The position numbers were made by a program, and so were the translations under genes. From Trichodelitschia bisporula (taxonomy: Eukaryota): a DNA stretch of 64,000 nucleotides. Positions 47,773 through 60,200 of this stretch are shown piece after piece. Position 1 is the stretch's first letter, and each line of letters opens with the position of its first letter. The stretch spans positions 1,506,691 through 1,570,690 of the forward strand of contig ML996689.1 of assembly GCA_010356995.1 (NCBI GenBank). Direction: 5' to 3'. A model generated the notes under the pieces. It ran no database searches. It saw only the letters and a program-made list of their open reading frames with translations, and was not told the DNA's origin.

Positions 47773-50204
47773 ATGCCTTCCCTACGTTCTTTCCTGGCCC
47801 TCACGGCTTCGATCTCTTCAGTCGCCGCGATTGGCTGCCCGTATGGCTATGATAGTCCTGCATTGGAGCGCCGCGATGCGGCTCCTGGCGAACCCCAGGC
47901 GCAGAGCACGGAGAAGTTCTTGAAGCAATTCACTGTCAACGACAATGACACCTACCTCACGACCGATGTCGGTGGCCCCATGGAGGACCAGAACAGCCTG
48001 AGCGTTGGCGAGCGTGGGCCTACTCTGCTTGAGGACTTCATCTTCCGCCAGAAGATCACCCACTTCGACCACGAGCGCGTACGTTATACCCCTTCCCTGG
48101 CTCTGGCATAGCTGACTATGAAGGTACCTGAAAGAGCGGTTCACGCCCGTGGTGCCGGCGCGCACGGCGTCTTCGAGTCGTACGGCGACTGGTCGAACAT
48201 CACTGGTGCCTCGTTCCTCTCCAAGCCGGGCAAGCAGACTCCGGTCTTTGTCCGCTTCTCGACTGTCGCTGGCAGCCGGGGCAGCGCTGACACGGCGCGT
48301 GATGTTCACGGCTTTGCCACGCGGTTCTACACCGACGAAGGCAACTTCGGTACGTAGCCATAACCCCGAGAGAGTGGATTGTAAGCTGACGGCGCAGATA
48401 TCGTTGGCAATAACATTCCGGTCTTCTTCATCCAGGATGCCATTCTCTTCCCAGACCTGATCCACGCCGTCAAGCCGTCCCCTGACAGCGAGATCCCTCA
48501 GGCGGCCACCGCCCACGACTCCGCCTGGGACTTCTTCAGCCAGCAGCCGAGCACGCTCCACACTCTCTTCTGGGCTATGGCCGGGCAGGGCATTGCCCGG
48601 TCGTACCGCCACATTGACGGCTTCGGTGTGCACACCTTCCGCTTCGTCACCGACAGCGGCAAGTCCAAGCTCGTGAAGTTCCACTTCAAGACGCTTCAGG
48701 GCAAGGCCGGGCTTGTCTGGGAGGAAGCTCAGCAGATTGCGGGCAAGAACGCCGACTTCCACCGCGGGGATCTGTTCGAGGCGATTGAGGCTGGCCGCTT
48801 CCCCGAGTGGGAGTTTGGCGTCCAGATCGTTGACGAGGAGGATGTGCTCAAGTATGGCTTCGATCTGATGGACCCGACCAAGTACCTCCGCGAGGAAGAC
48901 GTTCCAATCACCAAGCTCGGCAAGATGACGCTGAACCGCAACCCGACGAACTACTTCGCCGAGACCGAGCAGGTTATGGTAAGTCAATTCTTTGCCGTAG
49001 AGTTAGGCACTTACTAACGACATCAGTTCCAACCCGGCCACATCGTGCGCGGCGTCGACTTCTCCGACGACCCCCTGCTGCAGGGCCGCCTCTTCTCCTA
49101 CCTCGACACGCAAATCAACCGCAACGGCGGGCCGAACTTTGAGCAGCTGCCCATCAACCGGCCGCGTGCGCCCATCCACAACAACAACCGCGACGGCGCT
49201 GGTGCGTATCTCGCCCTCTTTCACCAGAAACAAGCTAACACACGTGCCCTAATTTAGGCCAGATGTTCATCCACGGAAACACGGCGCCCTATACCCCAAA
49301 CACCCTCAACAGCGGCTCCCCTCGGCAAGCCACCCAGCAAAAGGGACGCGGCTTCTTCACCGCGCCGCAGCGCTCGGCTAGCGGCAAGCTCGTGCGCACC
49401 GTCGCCGCTACCTTCTCCGCCGATTACTGGTCGCAGCCCCGTCTTTTCTTCAACTCCCTCCTGCCGCAGGAGCAGCAGTTCCTGATCAACGCCATCCGCT
49501 TCGAGACCGCCCACCTGCAGTCCGAGACCGTGAAGAAGAACGTCCTCACCCAGCTCAACCGCATCCACAACGGCGTCGCACGCCAGGTCGCCCAAGTCCT
49601 CGGCCTCACCCCCCCCGCCGCGGACCCCAAATTCTACCACGAGAACAAGACAATCGGCGTCTCCGTCTTCGAAAAACCCCTCCTCAAACTCGACGGCCTG
49701 AAAGTCGGCTACCTGACCACGCAAAACAACCTAGGCGACGCCGCGGCCCTCAAGGCCTCGCTCGCCAAGGACGGTGTCGACCTCATCGTCGTCGCTGAGA
49801 CGCTCGCCAAGGGCGTCGACCAGACGTACTCCGCTGCTGATTCCACGGGCTTCGACGGCGTGATTGTCGCAAGCGGAACCTCGAAGCTGTTCGGAGATAA
49901 GCCGGCCTCGGCGCTGTATCCTGCGGGCCGCCCCGCGCAGATTGTCTCCGAGAGTTACCGCTTTGGTAAGCCGGTTGGCTTCCTGGGCGATGCATCTGCG
50001 ACGGCCACTTCCATCCCTGGTGTCAAGCCTGGTCCTGGTGTGTATGTGCAGAGCGCGGGGGGCAAGGCTAAGCGCGCTGCGGCCAACGCTACTGCGGCGG
50101 CGAACTCCACGTCGTTCCAGACTACGAGCGATATGGCAGCGAGCTTTAAGGATGGGCTGAAGACGTTCCGCTTCCTGGACCGGTTTGTTGTTGAGAAGGT
50201 TTAA
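47773..50204 (+). CDS. Secreted large-subunit monofunctional catalase (CatB/Cat-3 type); introns 48079-48123, 48350-48397, 48979-49026, 49202-49257
   Basis: Signal peptide plus [38 protein letters not shown], heme ligand [10 protein letters not shown]-terminal DJ-1/flavodoxin-like domain ending FRFLDRF. Confidence 0.96.
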
Positions 50205-50833
50205 GTTAATGGGGATGGAAAGTGAACTGGGAATGGGGCGTTGTAATGGCTGAAATGGAGGAGATTGTACATATATAGATGAGTGTATGTCCTCATAAGC
50301 TTTTGATAACCTTTGGTATGGTGCCGTGAAGCGTAGGATAGACTGTGGAGAGCATGCATGTATGGCATAGCGGTACGAACATTTTATTCTTCTCGACGGC
50401 TCGAATTAAGGTGCAGCACATCGGGGTTCTCCCTTCACCGATGCCACGCTGTGATGAGATACTTTGGTACTCCGTTGGACTACTCACCTAGTTTACCCTT
50501 ACCCACACCCATTGAAGGACAACGTATTCCTCACACTGCGATGAAGTCCTCCCACACCGCGATGAATATGAACGGGCCCTCCAACACCGCAATGAAGAGC
50601 CACGGGTCCTCCTACTCCCACACCGCATTCAAGGGCAATGGGTCCTTTCAGTGGAGCTCTTCATAAAAAGCGCTGCCTCTGTCATCCATCGTGAGCTCCA
50701 TTCATCCAAACCGCACTTCCCCACTTACACGTCCACAACACCTTCCCAACGACACCACCTCCTACTCCAATCCAACCCGACCCTTCATCACCAAGCGAAC
50801 GAACCTCAAGCAACCATCCCGCCAGCATCAACA

Positions 50834-51037
50834 ATGCTCCCCCTCAAACCCGCCCCAACATCCGCCAAAACCGTCGGCCTAGTCCTAATCCCCATCGCCC
50901 TGATCATCCTCACCATCATCGCCATATCCTCCTCCTTCGTCCTATACCGGTACTTCAAGACCCGCCGCCTCCGCAAGCAAGAAGACATCGAACGCGTCAT
51001 CAAGGAAGCAAGCGCCGCAATAGGACCGCTACATTAG
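50834..51037 (+). CDS. Small (67 aa) single-pass membrane protein, hypothetical
   Basis: ACAATG start, TATA-like CATAAAA at ~50662, hydrophobic VGLVLIPIALIILTIIAISSSFVLY followed by basic RYFKTRRLRK. Confidence 0.55.
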   Translation: MLPLKPAPTSAKTVGLVLIPIALIILTIIAISSSFVLYRYFKTRRLRKQEDIERVIKEASAAIGPLH

Positions 51038-51147
51038 CCGGACCACGACATTAGCCAACCTCTCTTATACCTCTCCACAACCCACCATCTATCACCCCCC
51101 GAACCCATCACCCCCCCCGAACCTATCACCACCACCCCGACACCAAC

Positions 51148-53520
51148 ATGCATCTCTTCACGCCCTCCCCCTCCGCCACCCCCCCCTCCACCAAACACCA
51201 AAACCCCCTCACTCCCCTCCCCCCAAACGCCACTCAACCACGGCACTCCTCCCTAAAATCTCACGCCAAAAGCCTCTTCCACCGCCCGCGCCCCTTCGCC
51301 TCCAAACCGCTTAAAACAACACTCTCCTACGGGCCTTACTCCCCGCCCTCAACATCCTCTCCCGGGCGCGATACTTCGCCGTCGCATTCCCCGGCTGGCC
51401 CCCTGCACGTCCGCAAGACGCGCCCGGTGCACAAACCCCAACAGCCTCCTCCCGCAGGCCGCGCCTCACTCGACAACCACGGCCCTCATCAACCCAAACG
51501 CAACCACCACACCGGCCACCCAAGTCCAACCTCCCCCCTCCCCAACGGTAGCGGAGTACACATCCTCCTCCCCCGCCCCCTCAGCGTCGCCAGCACCCAC
51601 CGCTCCACAGTCCGGGCCCACAAACACACATCCCTCCGCCGCACCGCAACCCGCGTCCTGCGGCACCTGCGGCGGGGATCGCGGGACAGCACCCACACAT
51701 GGGCGACCGATTCGCCCACCCTCCTACCCCTCTCCTCCGCCGACGACATCCACAGCCCGCCCTTCGCCCCAGCCCGGCAATTCAGCTTCGACGTCCAGGA
51801 GTCGACTAAGCCAAGCCTCCTCCCACGAACCTCGCCCACCACCCCAACATCCAGCCGGTGGAACCCTCCAGCAGCGCACGTGCGCATCCCGACCACACTC
51901 CGGCTAAGCACGAGCATCGCGCCGCAAATCCCCGCTGTGCCGTTTCACACTGCGCGAGACCTCTGGGTTGCAGTGCAAGTGCACGTACTCCCGGTGTACA
52001 CCGAGGACGAGCCTGGGGCTGAAGCCCTCCTCCCGCCCATCGCCCTGTCCCTCGTGCTCGACAACGGCCCCTGCACCAGCGAGGCCGCGTTGGACGAGGC
52101 GATTGCCCACGCGGAAAGATTTGTGGCGCGGCTGGATAGGGGGGACCGCATCGCCGTATTCGCGACGCGCCCTCCCATGGCGGTGGTGAACATGGGCCCG
52201 CCGAACGCGGTTGCGCTGAGGGATGGATTGCGAAGGATGACTAAGATGCAAGCAGGGGCGGAAGGCTACCCGAGGGCGGCATTCGCCACGGCGGCAGCCA
52301 CCCTGGCTACCCTGAAAGACGAGCCGGGGTATCACCGGGACGTTGTCGTTTTGAGCCCGAATCCGGACTGGTTGCCGCCACGCGGGTATGTCCTGCCCAC
52401 CACGCGGGTCCACCTCTTTAACACGGGGCCTGTGCCGTTCACCTCGGTCCCTGCGGTCGGCGCGGAGGGGAGTTGGATCTGCGACGCACATGTGTGCTTC
52501 GGGTCCTGCTTCCCCGCCTGGCATGCAGAGAGGTTGGTCCGGTATATACGTGCCGGTCCCGTGGCTGAGGCTATTTCGAACGTTGCTGTGGAGGTGGCAT
52601 CGCGGACGGATGGTGTTATTCTCGAGCGACGCGGGGAGCAAGGTCTGACGACTCTGAGGCCGGGGCAGGCGCTTACCGTAATGGTAAGAGTCGGGGTCAG
52701 GCGCATGGGCCGGTACGCGCGGCGCGGCGGGCCGCGACCGAGTGTCGAGGACCTGGTCGGCATAGTCGAAGCCGCGATGGGCGATCACGAGAGCGGGTTA
52801 TTCGATGTGTGTATCCGGTATCAGCATTCGATCCTAGGAGGGGCGAAGGTGAGGGAGGAGAGCGTGGCGTGGGTGAGACGTACGGCTGGGAGGAAGGTTA
52901 GTGGGAGTGGGAGGCAGGCTTTTGAGGAGGGGGAGGAGGATGGCCGGGTTGAGGCGGCGGGGTACCTAGAGGGGATCAGGGGGGCGGGGATGAGGGATGT
53001 GCTGAGGCGGTCGGAGGGGATGGGGGGGAGAGAGGGTGAAGCGGCTGGTTTGGTGGAGAGGGTTAGGGGGGAGGCGCGCGCCGTGCTTATTGCGGTGAGG
53101 AGGGAGGAGATGAGGCGTGATGCTACTGTGCGGCCGGGGACGCAGGCGGGTGTACACCGGCTGAGCATGAGTCCTCGACAGAGCATGAGCTCCAACCAGA
53201 GCATGACTCCCAGCCAGAGCATGAGCCCGGAAGCAGATCTGCGACCCCCGGAGCTTGACCCCGCGCAGCGCGTGTGGCGCACGATGCGGAAGGTGTCCCG
53301 TGAGGCGAGCGGGGAGGTGCCGACCGTAGGACTGCGGAGCGAGGCTGTAGAGAATGAGTTGAGGGAGTTGAGGCGGGTGGCCCTGGGGAATGGGCGGAAT
53401 GTGAGTGAGGAGACGTTGAATAGTTTGGCGAGGGATATGGTGCGGTTGCGGGATGAGGAGGGGAGTGAGGGGGATGAGGGGGGTGAGGGGGGTGAGGGGG
53501 AGGAGGAGCATTGGGAGTGA
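51148..53520 (+). CDS. Hypothetical protein with Pro/Ser-rich N-terminus and a degenerate vWA-like domain
   Basis: 790-aa uninterrupted ORF. LSLVLDNG..LDRGDRIAVF..RDVVVLSP pattern resembles a vWA beta/alpha core. (SMxxxQ)x4 18-bp repeat at ~53164-53230. Confidence 0.7.
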   Translation: MHLFTPSPSATPPSTKHQNPLTPLPPNATQPRHSSLKSHAKSLFHRPRPFASKPLKTTLSYGPYSPPSTSSPGRDTSPSHSPAGPLHVRKTRPVHKPQQPPPAGRASLDNHGPHQPKRNHHTGHPSPTSPLPNGSGVHILLPRPLSVASTHRSTVRAHKHTSLRRTATRVLRHLRRGSRDSTHTWATDSPTLLPLSSADDIHSPPFAPARQFSFDVQESTKPSLLPRTSPTTPTSSRWNPPAAHVRIPTTLRLSTSIAPQIPAVPFHTARDLWVAVQVHVLPVYTEDEPGAEALLPPIALSLVLDNGPCTSEAALDEAIAHAERFVARLDRGDRIAVFATRPPMAVVNMGPPNAVALRDGLRRMTKMQAGAEGYPRAAFATAAATLATLKDEPGYHRDVVVLSPNPDWLPPRGYVLPTTRVHLFNTGPVPFTSVPAVGAEGSWICDAHVCFGSCFPAWHAERLVRYIRAGPVAEAISNVAVEVASRTDGVILERRGEQGLTTLRPGQALTVMVRVGVRRMGRYARRGGPRPSVEDLVGIVEAAMGDHESGLFDVCIRYQHSILGGAKVREESVAWVRRTAGRKVSGSGRQAFEEGEEDGRVEAAGYLEGIRGAGMRDVLRRSEGMGGREGEAAGLVERVRGEARAVLIAVRREEMRRDATVRPGTQAGVHRLSMSPRQSMSSNQSMTPSQSMSPEADLRPPELDPAQRVWRTMRKVSREASGEVPTVGLRSEAVENELRELRRVALGNGRNVSEETLNSLARDMVRLRDEEGSEGDEGGEGGEGEEEHWE

Positions 53521-53899
53521 GTTGGGCGTCTTTGGATTGATAGGTGTTGGACGACATGGTGAGGGGCTTCATCGATTGAGCTTGTTCTTTGTTGTTTGGA
53601 GTATTTGGTTTGGGTTTGCTGGGTGCGCAGGGCGTTATTTCTGGGTGTGTGTGCTAGTTGTTGGTTATTTGCGTATGGTTGGGGCATTGGGGGTTTTTGC
53701 ATTGATGGGATTGAGGGCGCTATTTCATGTCAGCTCTCTATGGGGGGCTTCAGAGCAGGTTTTGTCATGACCAACAGTTTCGTCATTTATATGTTCGAGA
53801 AACGCGGTGTTGATGCCATCCGCCGGGTAACCCAACCCCAACCTCCACCGTCGCCGCCAAACGTTTCTCCGCTTCCGGCCTGACCCCCGCCATCCGGGC

Positions 53900-54376
53900 A
53901 TGGATGTCCTCCGCGCGCCTCCTCCGCCGCCAGAACATCCGCTGATCTTGAACAAACAGGACGAAACAACGACATTTCTTCTCAGCATTCCGGCCTACCA
54001 CCGTTTTTGGACTCGATATATACCCCACGCATCATACGAAGCTATCGTTTCTTGGGATAGAATCTCAGCTCGTCTTCCAGCTCGTCGGTTCGGATTTCTG
54101 AAGTCCGGCCTGACATTCAGCCTCGATATTGTACCCCGCCTCGACAACGGTTGTCCACGTTTATACTGCCACGAGTGGTTGAACGAGGACTCTCGCGTGG
54201 AATTGCCGGTTCTTCTCCGCCTTTCCCTCGCGATCTATCGGCTAGCCACGCAACACCCACGCGGCCGCCTCGTGGCTCTCGATCTCGAAGTCGAAGACCT
54301 TAGCCCCTTCGTCCAAGATATACACCCGGCACAGGCCACAAAGCGCACGGCCTTGCAGCCTCTCAATCACGCATAG
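53900..54376 (+). CDS. Hypothetical 158-aa protein
   Basis: ATG-initiated ORF with globular-like composition and no recognised motif. Confidence 0.35.
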   Translation: MDVLRAPPPPPEHPLILNKQDETTTFLLSIPAYHRFWTRYIPHASYEAIVSWDRISARLPARRFGFLKSGLTFSLDIVPRLDNGCPRLYCHEWLNEDSRVELPVLLRLSLAIYRLATQHPRGRLVALDLEVEDLSPFVQDIHPAQATKRTALQPLNHA

Positions 54377-54478
54377 ACCCGAAGGCATTGATCAGTGTCA
54401 ACTCCCAACACCACATCACCATCTCCATCTTCGCCACCCACACACACACACACACCACCCTTAATCCCCCCCCCCCCC

Positions 54479-54833
54479 NNNNNNNNNNNNNNNNNNNNNN
54501 NNNNNNNNNNNNNNNNNNNNNNNNNNNNNNNNNNNNNNNNNNNNNNNNNNNNNNNNNNNNNNNNNNNNNNNNNNNNNNNNNNNNNNNNNNNNNNNNNNNN
54601 NNNNNNNNNNNNNNNNNNNNNNNNNNNNNNNNNNNNNNNNNNNNNNNNNNNNNNNNNNNNNNNNNNNNNNNNNNNNNNNNNNNNNNNNNNNNNNNNNNNN
54701 NNNNNNNNNNNNNNNNNNNNNNNNNNNNNNNNNNNNNNNNNNNNNNNNNNNNNNNNNNNNNNNNNNNNNNNNNNNNNNNNNNNNNNNNNNNNNNNNNNNN
54801 NNNNNNNNNNNNNNNNNNNNNNNNNNNNNNNNN
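54479..54833. other. Assembly gap (355 N), beginning in a poly-C run
   Basis: Run of N. Confidence 1.
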
Positions 54834-54864
54834 CCTCCCCTACTCAACCTTTCTAATCCCGCAG

Positions 54865-55118
54865 TCTACGAGAACGGCGACGTGTGCATTTCCATCCTGC
54901 ACCCGCCAGTCGAGGACTCAACAGGCTACGAAAGCGCAGCCGAGCGCTGGTCCCCAGTTCAAACACCTGCGACCATTCTGCTGTCCGTGATCAGCATGCT
55001 GAGCAGCCCAAACGACGAGAGTCCCGCGAACGTGGATGCCGCGCGCATGTGGCGTGAGGATATGGCTGCGTTTAAGAAGCGGACGCGGAAGTGTGTGCGG
55101 GATAGTTTGGAGGCGTAG
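54865..55118 (+). CDS. Ubiquitin-conjugating enzyme E2, Ubc7/UBE2G/Cdc34-type with acidic loop; last exon only, 5' part presumably in the gap
   Basis: CTAAT..CAG acceptor, then YENGDVCISILHPPVEDSTGYESAAERWSPVQT..ILLSVISMLSSPNDESPANVDAA. Confidence 0.92.
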
Positions 55119-55231
55119 GGCGTGCTGGTTGGGTGAAGGGGCGTACATAATGGCTTGCATGACTCTTCTCGGTAGAAAACGATCACTATACGTCTACTTT
55201 GTGCTCTATGTCTATCCAAACACCATCTGGA

Positions 55232-56640
55232 TCACGCAACAACGGCATTGGCCTCCACCTCCGCTTTCTCCTCCTCCGCCCCCTCCCCCACCCCCTTCTC
55301 CGCATATATCCCCCTAAGCACATCCTCCAACTCCCTCAAAAACCGCCCCGTCTCCTCCCCCGTCCCAACTGTAACCCGCAAACACCCCTCACACCCCAAC
55401 TCCTTCCCGCGAAACCGCACTACCACACCCCTCCTCTCCGCCAACCGCGCATACACAGCCAGCGCAACCGCATTACACGGCCTCCCCCCCGGAGCATCCA
55501 GCATCTGCACCAGTACAAAATTCGCCCCAAAACCCCCCCTAAACTCCCCCACGCCGGGAATCTTCGGCAACTCGTGCACCAACCTTTCCCGTTGCTCCAC
55601 TATCGCCGCCCTATGCGCAGCCGTGACAGCCAAAGACTCCGGACTCAGCGCCGCGCGTGCGATTGCGGATGACGGGTTGGAAATGTTATACGGCGCCTTG
55701 AGCGCATTGAGCAGCCGCGCGACAGGGGGGGCGCAAAACGCCGCCCCGAGCCTAATCCCCGCCAACCCGAAGGCTTTGGACAAAGTCTGCATAACGACCA
55801 AATTCGGCCACTCAGCAACCCACTCCGCCAGACTGGCCCCCTCAGGCGCAAAATCAATATACGCTTCATCGAGCACCACCAGCCCGTTCCACGAAGGGTG
55901 GGTTAGCAGCGGCTCCAGCGCGGACTTCGGTACCAGCGTGCCGGTAGGGTTCCCGGGCGAGCACAGGTATACGAGTTTTATTTCCGGGTGCTCGGCTAGG
56001 GTGGCTGTGATGGTGGGGACGTCGGGCGCGAAGGAGGGGAGGAGGAGGGGGACGGGGTGGATGCGGATATCGTTTACGGCGGCAGAGACGGCGTACATGC
56101 CGTAGGTTGGGGGGCAGGTTAGGATTGAGGAGTGGCCTGGGACGCAGAAGGCGCGGAGGAGGGCGTCGATTGCTTCGTCGGAGCCGACGCCGACGAATAA
56201 ATGCTCTGGACCTATTGACTTCGGCGTGTGGGCGTGGGTGTTGCGCAGGGTGCAGAGGAGAGTCTTGAGTTCGTTTTGGTGCCTGGGGGAGGTGAGTAAG
56301 GGTATTGGGGGGGGAAATGGTGGGGATGGGTAAGGCCTACGGGTCCGGATACCGGTGCAGGCCGAGGAGGTCGATCCCGATGCCCGCGTCTGACGGCGCG
56401 CCGGGGAGTTTGCCGGAGGCGTCGAGGGCGAGGCCCGGGCCGAAGGCGTTTTCGTTGGCGTCGAGGAGGATGTTGGTTCCGTCGTCTTTGTAATCACTGC
56501 GTGGATTAGAACTAATTGGGTTGATATGAGTATTGGTGGGGCATATACTCGCGGGCACAGCGATACGGCTCGAGGGAGAGGATGTTCGGCCGGGCACAGG
56601 TGGCTAGGTTGAAGGCGGATTTGATGGGTTCGGCCGCCAT
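55232..56640 (-). CDS. HIS5: Histidinol-phosphate aminotransferase; introns 56548-56497, 56340-56283
   Basis: YRCARDDY, LLDANEN, RYPDP, GSDEAID, CSPGNPTG, DEAYIDF, PLP lysine TLSKAFGLAGIRLG. Confidence 0.96.
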
Positions 56641-57267
56641 TGTGGAATTGGAAGGAATTACTAGTTTGGCAAGGAGAAGGATGAGGGGCGTTCGCGAATT
56701 TATGTATTGCGATGCGGGGAAGAGTTTGGGTGGTGACTCGGCGAGGTCTGTACAGTCATTTGATGACGGGATAGCAGTTTTGATATTGGTGCCTGGGGCA
56801 TCTGTGACAGAAGTGGGGGTCTTCCGACATCGCGCTTTACCCCTCCATAACCAGTTAACGTTAACCATGTACATCTCTTGTTGCAAGCATGTGGGCATAC
56901 TAGTGAGAAGAGTATGTCAATTCGGTCTTCGGAGAAATCCCCAAGCTGTTTATGCTTTGCCCCCATCCAATGCTCCCGCCTCATGACTGCATCGGAAGTC
57001 GTGCACGAATGCAGACCAACACGAGTGATATCTCAATCCGTGCGGCGTGGCTGTTGCTTTCATCCTCGTCTTTTATGCCCTGATCAAGGTCGGGGGGCAT
57101 AGAGCCCGATGAACATGCTCGTTGCATTGAGGCCTACCATACTTTAGAACTAGGACAGTTCACGGGCACAGCAGCGTCCTCTCAACCCACACATGCATCA
57201 TCACCAGGGCTACAGCAACTCAGAAATTCATTCCCAACCTCTGCTCCCCTTCCAACACGTAGCCCAC

Positions 57268-60200
57268 CTACAAGATCAGCCTAAAAGTAGCAACCTCAAA
57301 CGGTCTCAACTCAATCTCCACCCCCCCCCCCTCCTTCAAAATCCCCACCTCCTCCCCCTTGTCCTCAAGCACATTCGTCTTCTCTACCCTCTTCACCTCC
57401 ACATCCCCCCACCGCAACACCCCCTTACTCCTCCCCCCCAAGCTATCAAACACCCGACACACCACGCTCCGCCCCTCCCGCGCAGGCAGTTCCCCGCGAC
57501 TCACATCCGCATCGTCGTCGCCGCGCTTCACCGTGTCGAGCACCAGCGCCGGCGCGCCCTCGATCCTGAATCCCGAGAGCACGGACTTGATCCGTGCGGG
57601 ATCCGCGTGCCGGTGCAGGCGCAGCGGGTTGTTGAGGCTGTAGCCTGCGCGGATGGTGCGATGGTCGAGCGGGCCGGCGTGGGGGAGGATCGAGTAGCGG
57701 ATGTGGTGCCGGCCTAGGGGGGTCAGAGGGTCAGTACTTGTCTAGAACCAGCAAAGAAAAGGGAAGGTGCGGACTCACCCATATCAGCATGCGCATCCGG
57801 CGCCTTGGGCGCGCGCAGCAAACTCAAGCGCATCAAATTCCCACACGTCGCGAACCCGTACTTGCTATCATTCAGAATCGACACACCATACCCGGCCTCC
57901 GACAGATCCGCCCACTTGTGGCAGCACACCTCGAACTTGGCCATGTCCCAGCTGGTATTGTAGTGGGTCGGGCGGCGCACGATCCCAAACTGTGTTTCGT
58001 ACGAAGCTTCGGTGTTGAGCACGTCGACGGGGAACTCGACCTTGAGGAACTTCATGCTCTCGCGCCACTCGACCTCGGCTTCGATTTCGACGGCGGATTG
58101 CTCCGCGTCCACGGCCGCGCTGAGGCTAATTGTCGTCTTAGCCCAGGACTCATCGCTGATGCGCGTTTCCGTCACCACGCTCACGCGGTGCGGCCCATGT
58201 TCCGCAATACGCGTCTTGCTAGCGGGGAGTTCCTGCCGACTCTCCAGGTGGTACACTTCCACGTCCCAGGCCTGCCAGTACAGCGGCTTGTCGTCGAAAA
58301 TGACGAGCTGGTTCGCCTTGCCGCCAGGTGCAATCACTTCGCGCTTGGCCGGGATGTCGTACAGGGACGTGATGACGCCGTCGGCGACGTGCACGCGGAA
58401 GCGGGCGTTGGACAGTTCGTACACGCCCTTGCTGACTTCCTTGATCGAGGCGGTGGACTCGGTGGCTGCGGTGAGGGGCGTGACGTCCAGGATGCCGCTG
58501 TCGCCTTGGGCGAGGGCGTACTTGGGCGCTGAGGACTTGACGGGGAGTTGGAGGACCTCGGTCCGTGCCCAGGGGAGCGTGTTGAGCGCGACGAGGCTGT
58601 TTTTCGGGACGTCATCGTCGAAGCCTAGTTCCTTCAGGGCCTTTTTGATGACCTGCTCCCCAGTCGCGAAGATCTCGGCGTACAGCTAGGACGGTCAGCT
58701 TAGCCCCACCTAAAACTGGCCCGCACTTACCTCGTCCGAGTCGTCGTAGCACATCTCAATCGAACTACCCGGCAGGCAGTCATGGAAATGGCACAGCAGC
58801 GTGCCCTCCCACATAAAATCAATCTCCTTCTTCGGGTACTTGTACCCCTTCGACTTCAAACTCGCAAGCGTGGCCAGGTACTCAATATCCCTTAACATAA
58901 ACTCAGCCCGGCGGTTATTGCGCTTATTATTCGCCTGCGTCGTGTACGTGCCACGATGCAGCTCGAAATACAACTCGCCATACCACGTCACGAACTTCGT
59001 CCCATCCTCGACCTTCTTCTCCAACTTCGCAAAGAAGTCATCCACCGAGTCGCCTAGCCGCACGCGCGGCAGCAGGCCCACCGTGTCCGCGATCCCGCGG
59101 CACCGGCGCAGCTTCTCAATGTGCTCCCACGTGGGGCCGCCACCACCATCACCCTTGCCAAACACCAGCAGAGAGGTAGAGTCCTGGTCGAGCGACTTGT
59201 GCTGCGTCACGCTGCGCTTGACATCGCCGAAGTGCGCCTCCGCGGTGTATGTCTCCGACGGCGCCATGTGGCACATGACCTGCGAGCCATCCAGGGCGAC
59301 CCAGTTAAACGTCGTGTGTGGGAACTTGTTGATATTATTCCAGCTCAGCTTTTGGGTAAAGAAGCGGCTCATGCCCGCCAAGCGGCACAACTGCGGCAGC
59401 TGCGCCGAATACCCAAACGTATCCGGCAGCCAGAAGGTGGTGCAGCGCTGGCCGAAGTGGGCCTCGAAGAACCGCTGCCCGTACACGAATTGGCGGATCA
59501 GCGACTCGCCGCTGGGCATGTTGGTGTCGTGCTCGACCCAGCTGCCGCCAATGGGTTGAAAAGTTCCCAGCTTGACTTTTTCCTTGACGCGGTCGAAGAG
59601 CGACGGGTAGTACTCCTTGAGCCACTTGTACTGCTGGGCCTGGGAGCAGCAGAAGCGGAACTCCGGGTAGCGGTCCATGAGATCGCATTGGTTGGCCCAT
59701 GAGCGGGCTACCTTGCGCTTCGTCTCGGCCCACGGCCACAGCCAGCAGGTGTCGATGTGGCAGTGCCCGATGCCGGATACCAGGGCTGGGTTGTCGTTGT
59801 CGTACACCTTGGCCGAGTCGACGTGAGCACCCAGATATTTCTGCGCGATCTTGCGCCCCTCCTTGATCGATTCTTTGCTGCCTTCGCCGGCGATGAAGGC
59901 GTCCATGATGGCATTGCACACCTGCAACGCATCGTGCGACTCCCAACTGTCACCGGGAAACTCCCTCGCCGCGTCGCCAATGATCCAAAAATCAATGGAC
60001 AGCGCCCGAGCGTCCAGGTTGACAGCCACGATCTCCGCCTTGTGCAGCGTGTAGTACCTGTCCTTCGGCGGAGGCTGGATGGTGTCTCCCTCCGCATTGC
60101 CGAACATACCATTGCAGGCCATCTCGACGTAGAAGACATGCTCCTTGCCATCCTTCCACGCCTTGGGCAAGATCCATTCCGTCCGTTCCCCACCACCCGT

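Noticed and set aside
47818..48987. 389-aa antisense ORF over the catalase, and similar long antisense or alternative-frame ORFs over bir1, calnexin, chs, MFS, his5 and ams1
   Set aside because: Shadow ORFs from GC-rich codon bias of the real genes; no motifs.
54388..54990. ORFs spanning the N run
   Set aside because: Artefacts of the assembly gap.
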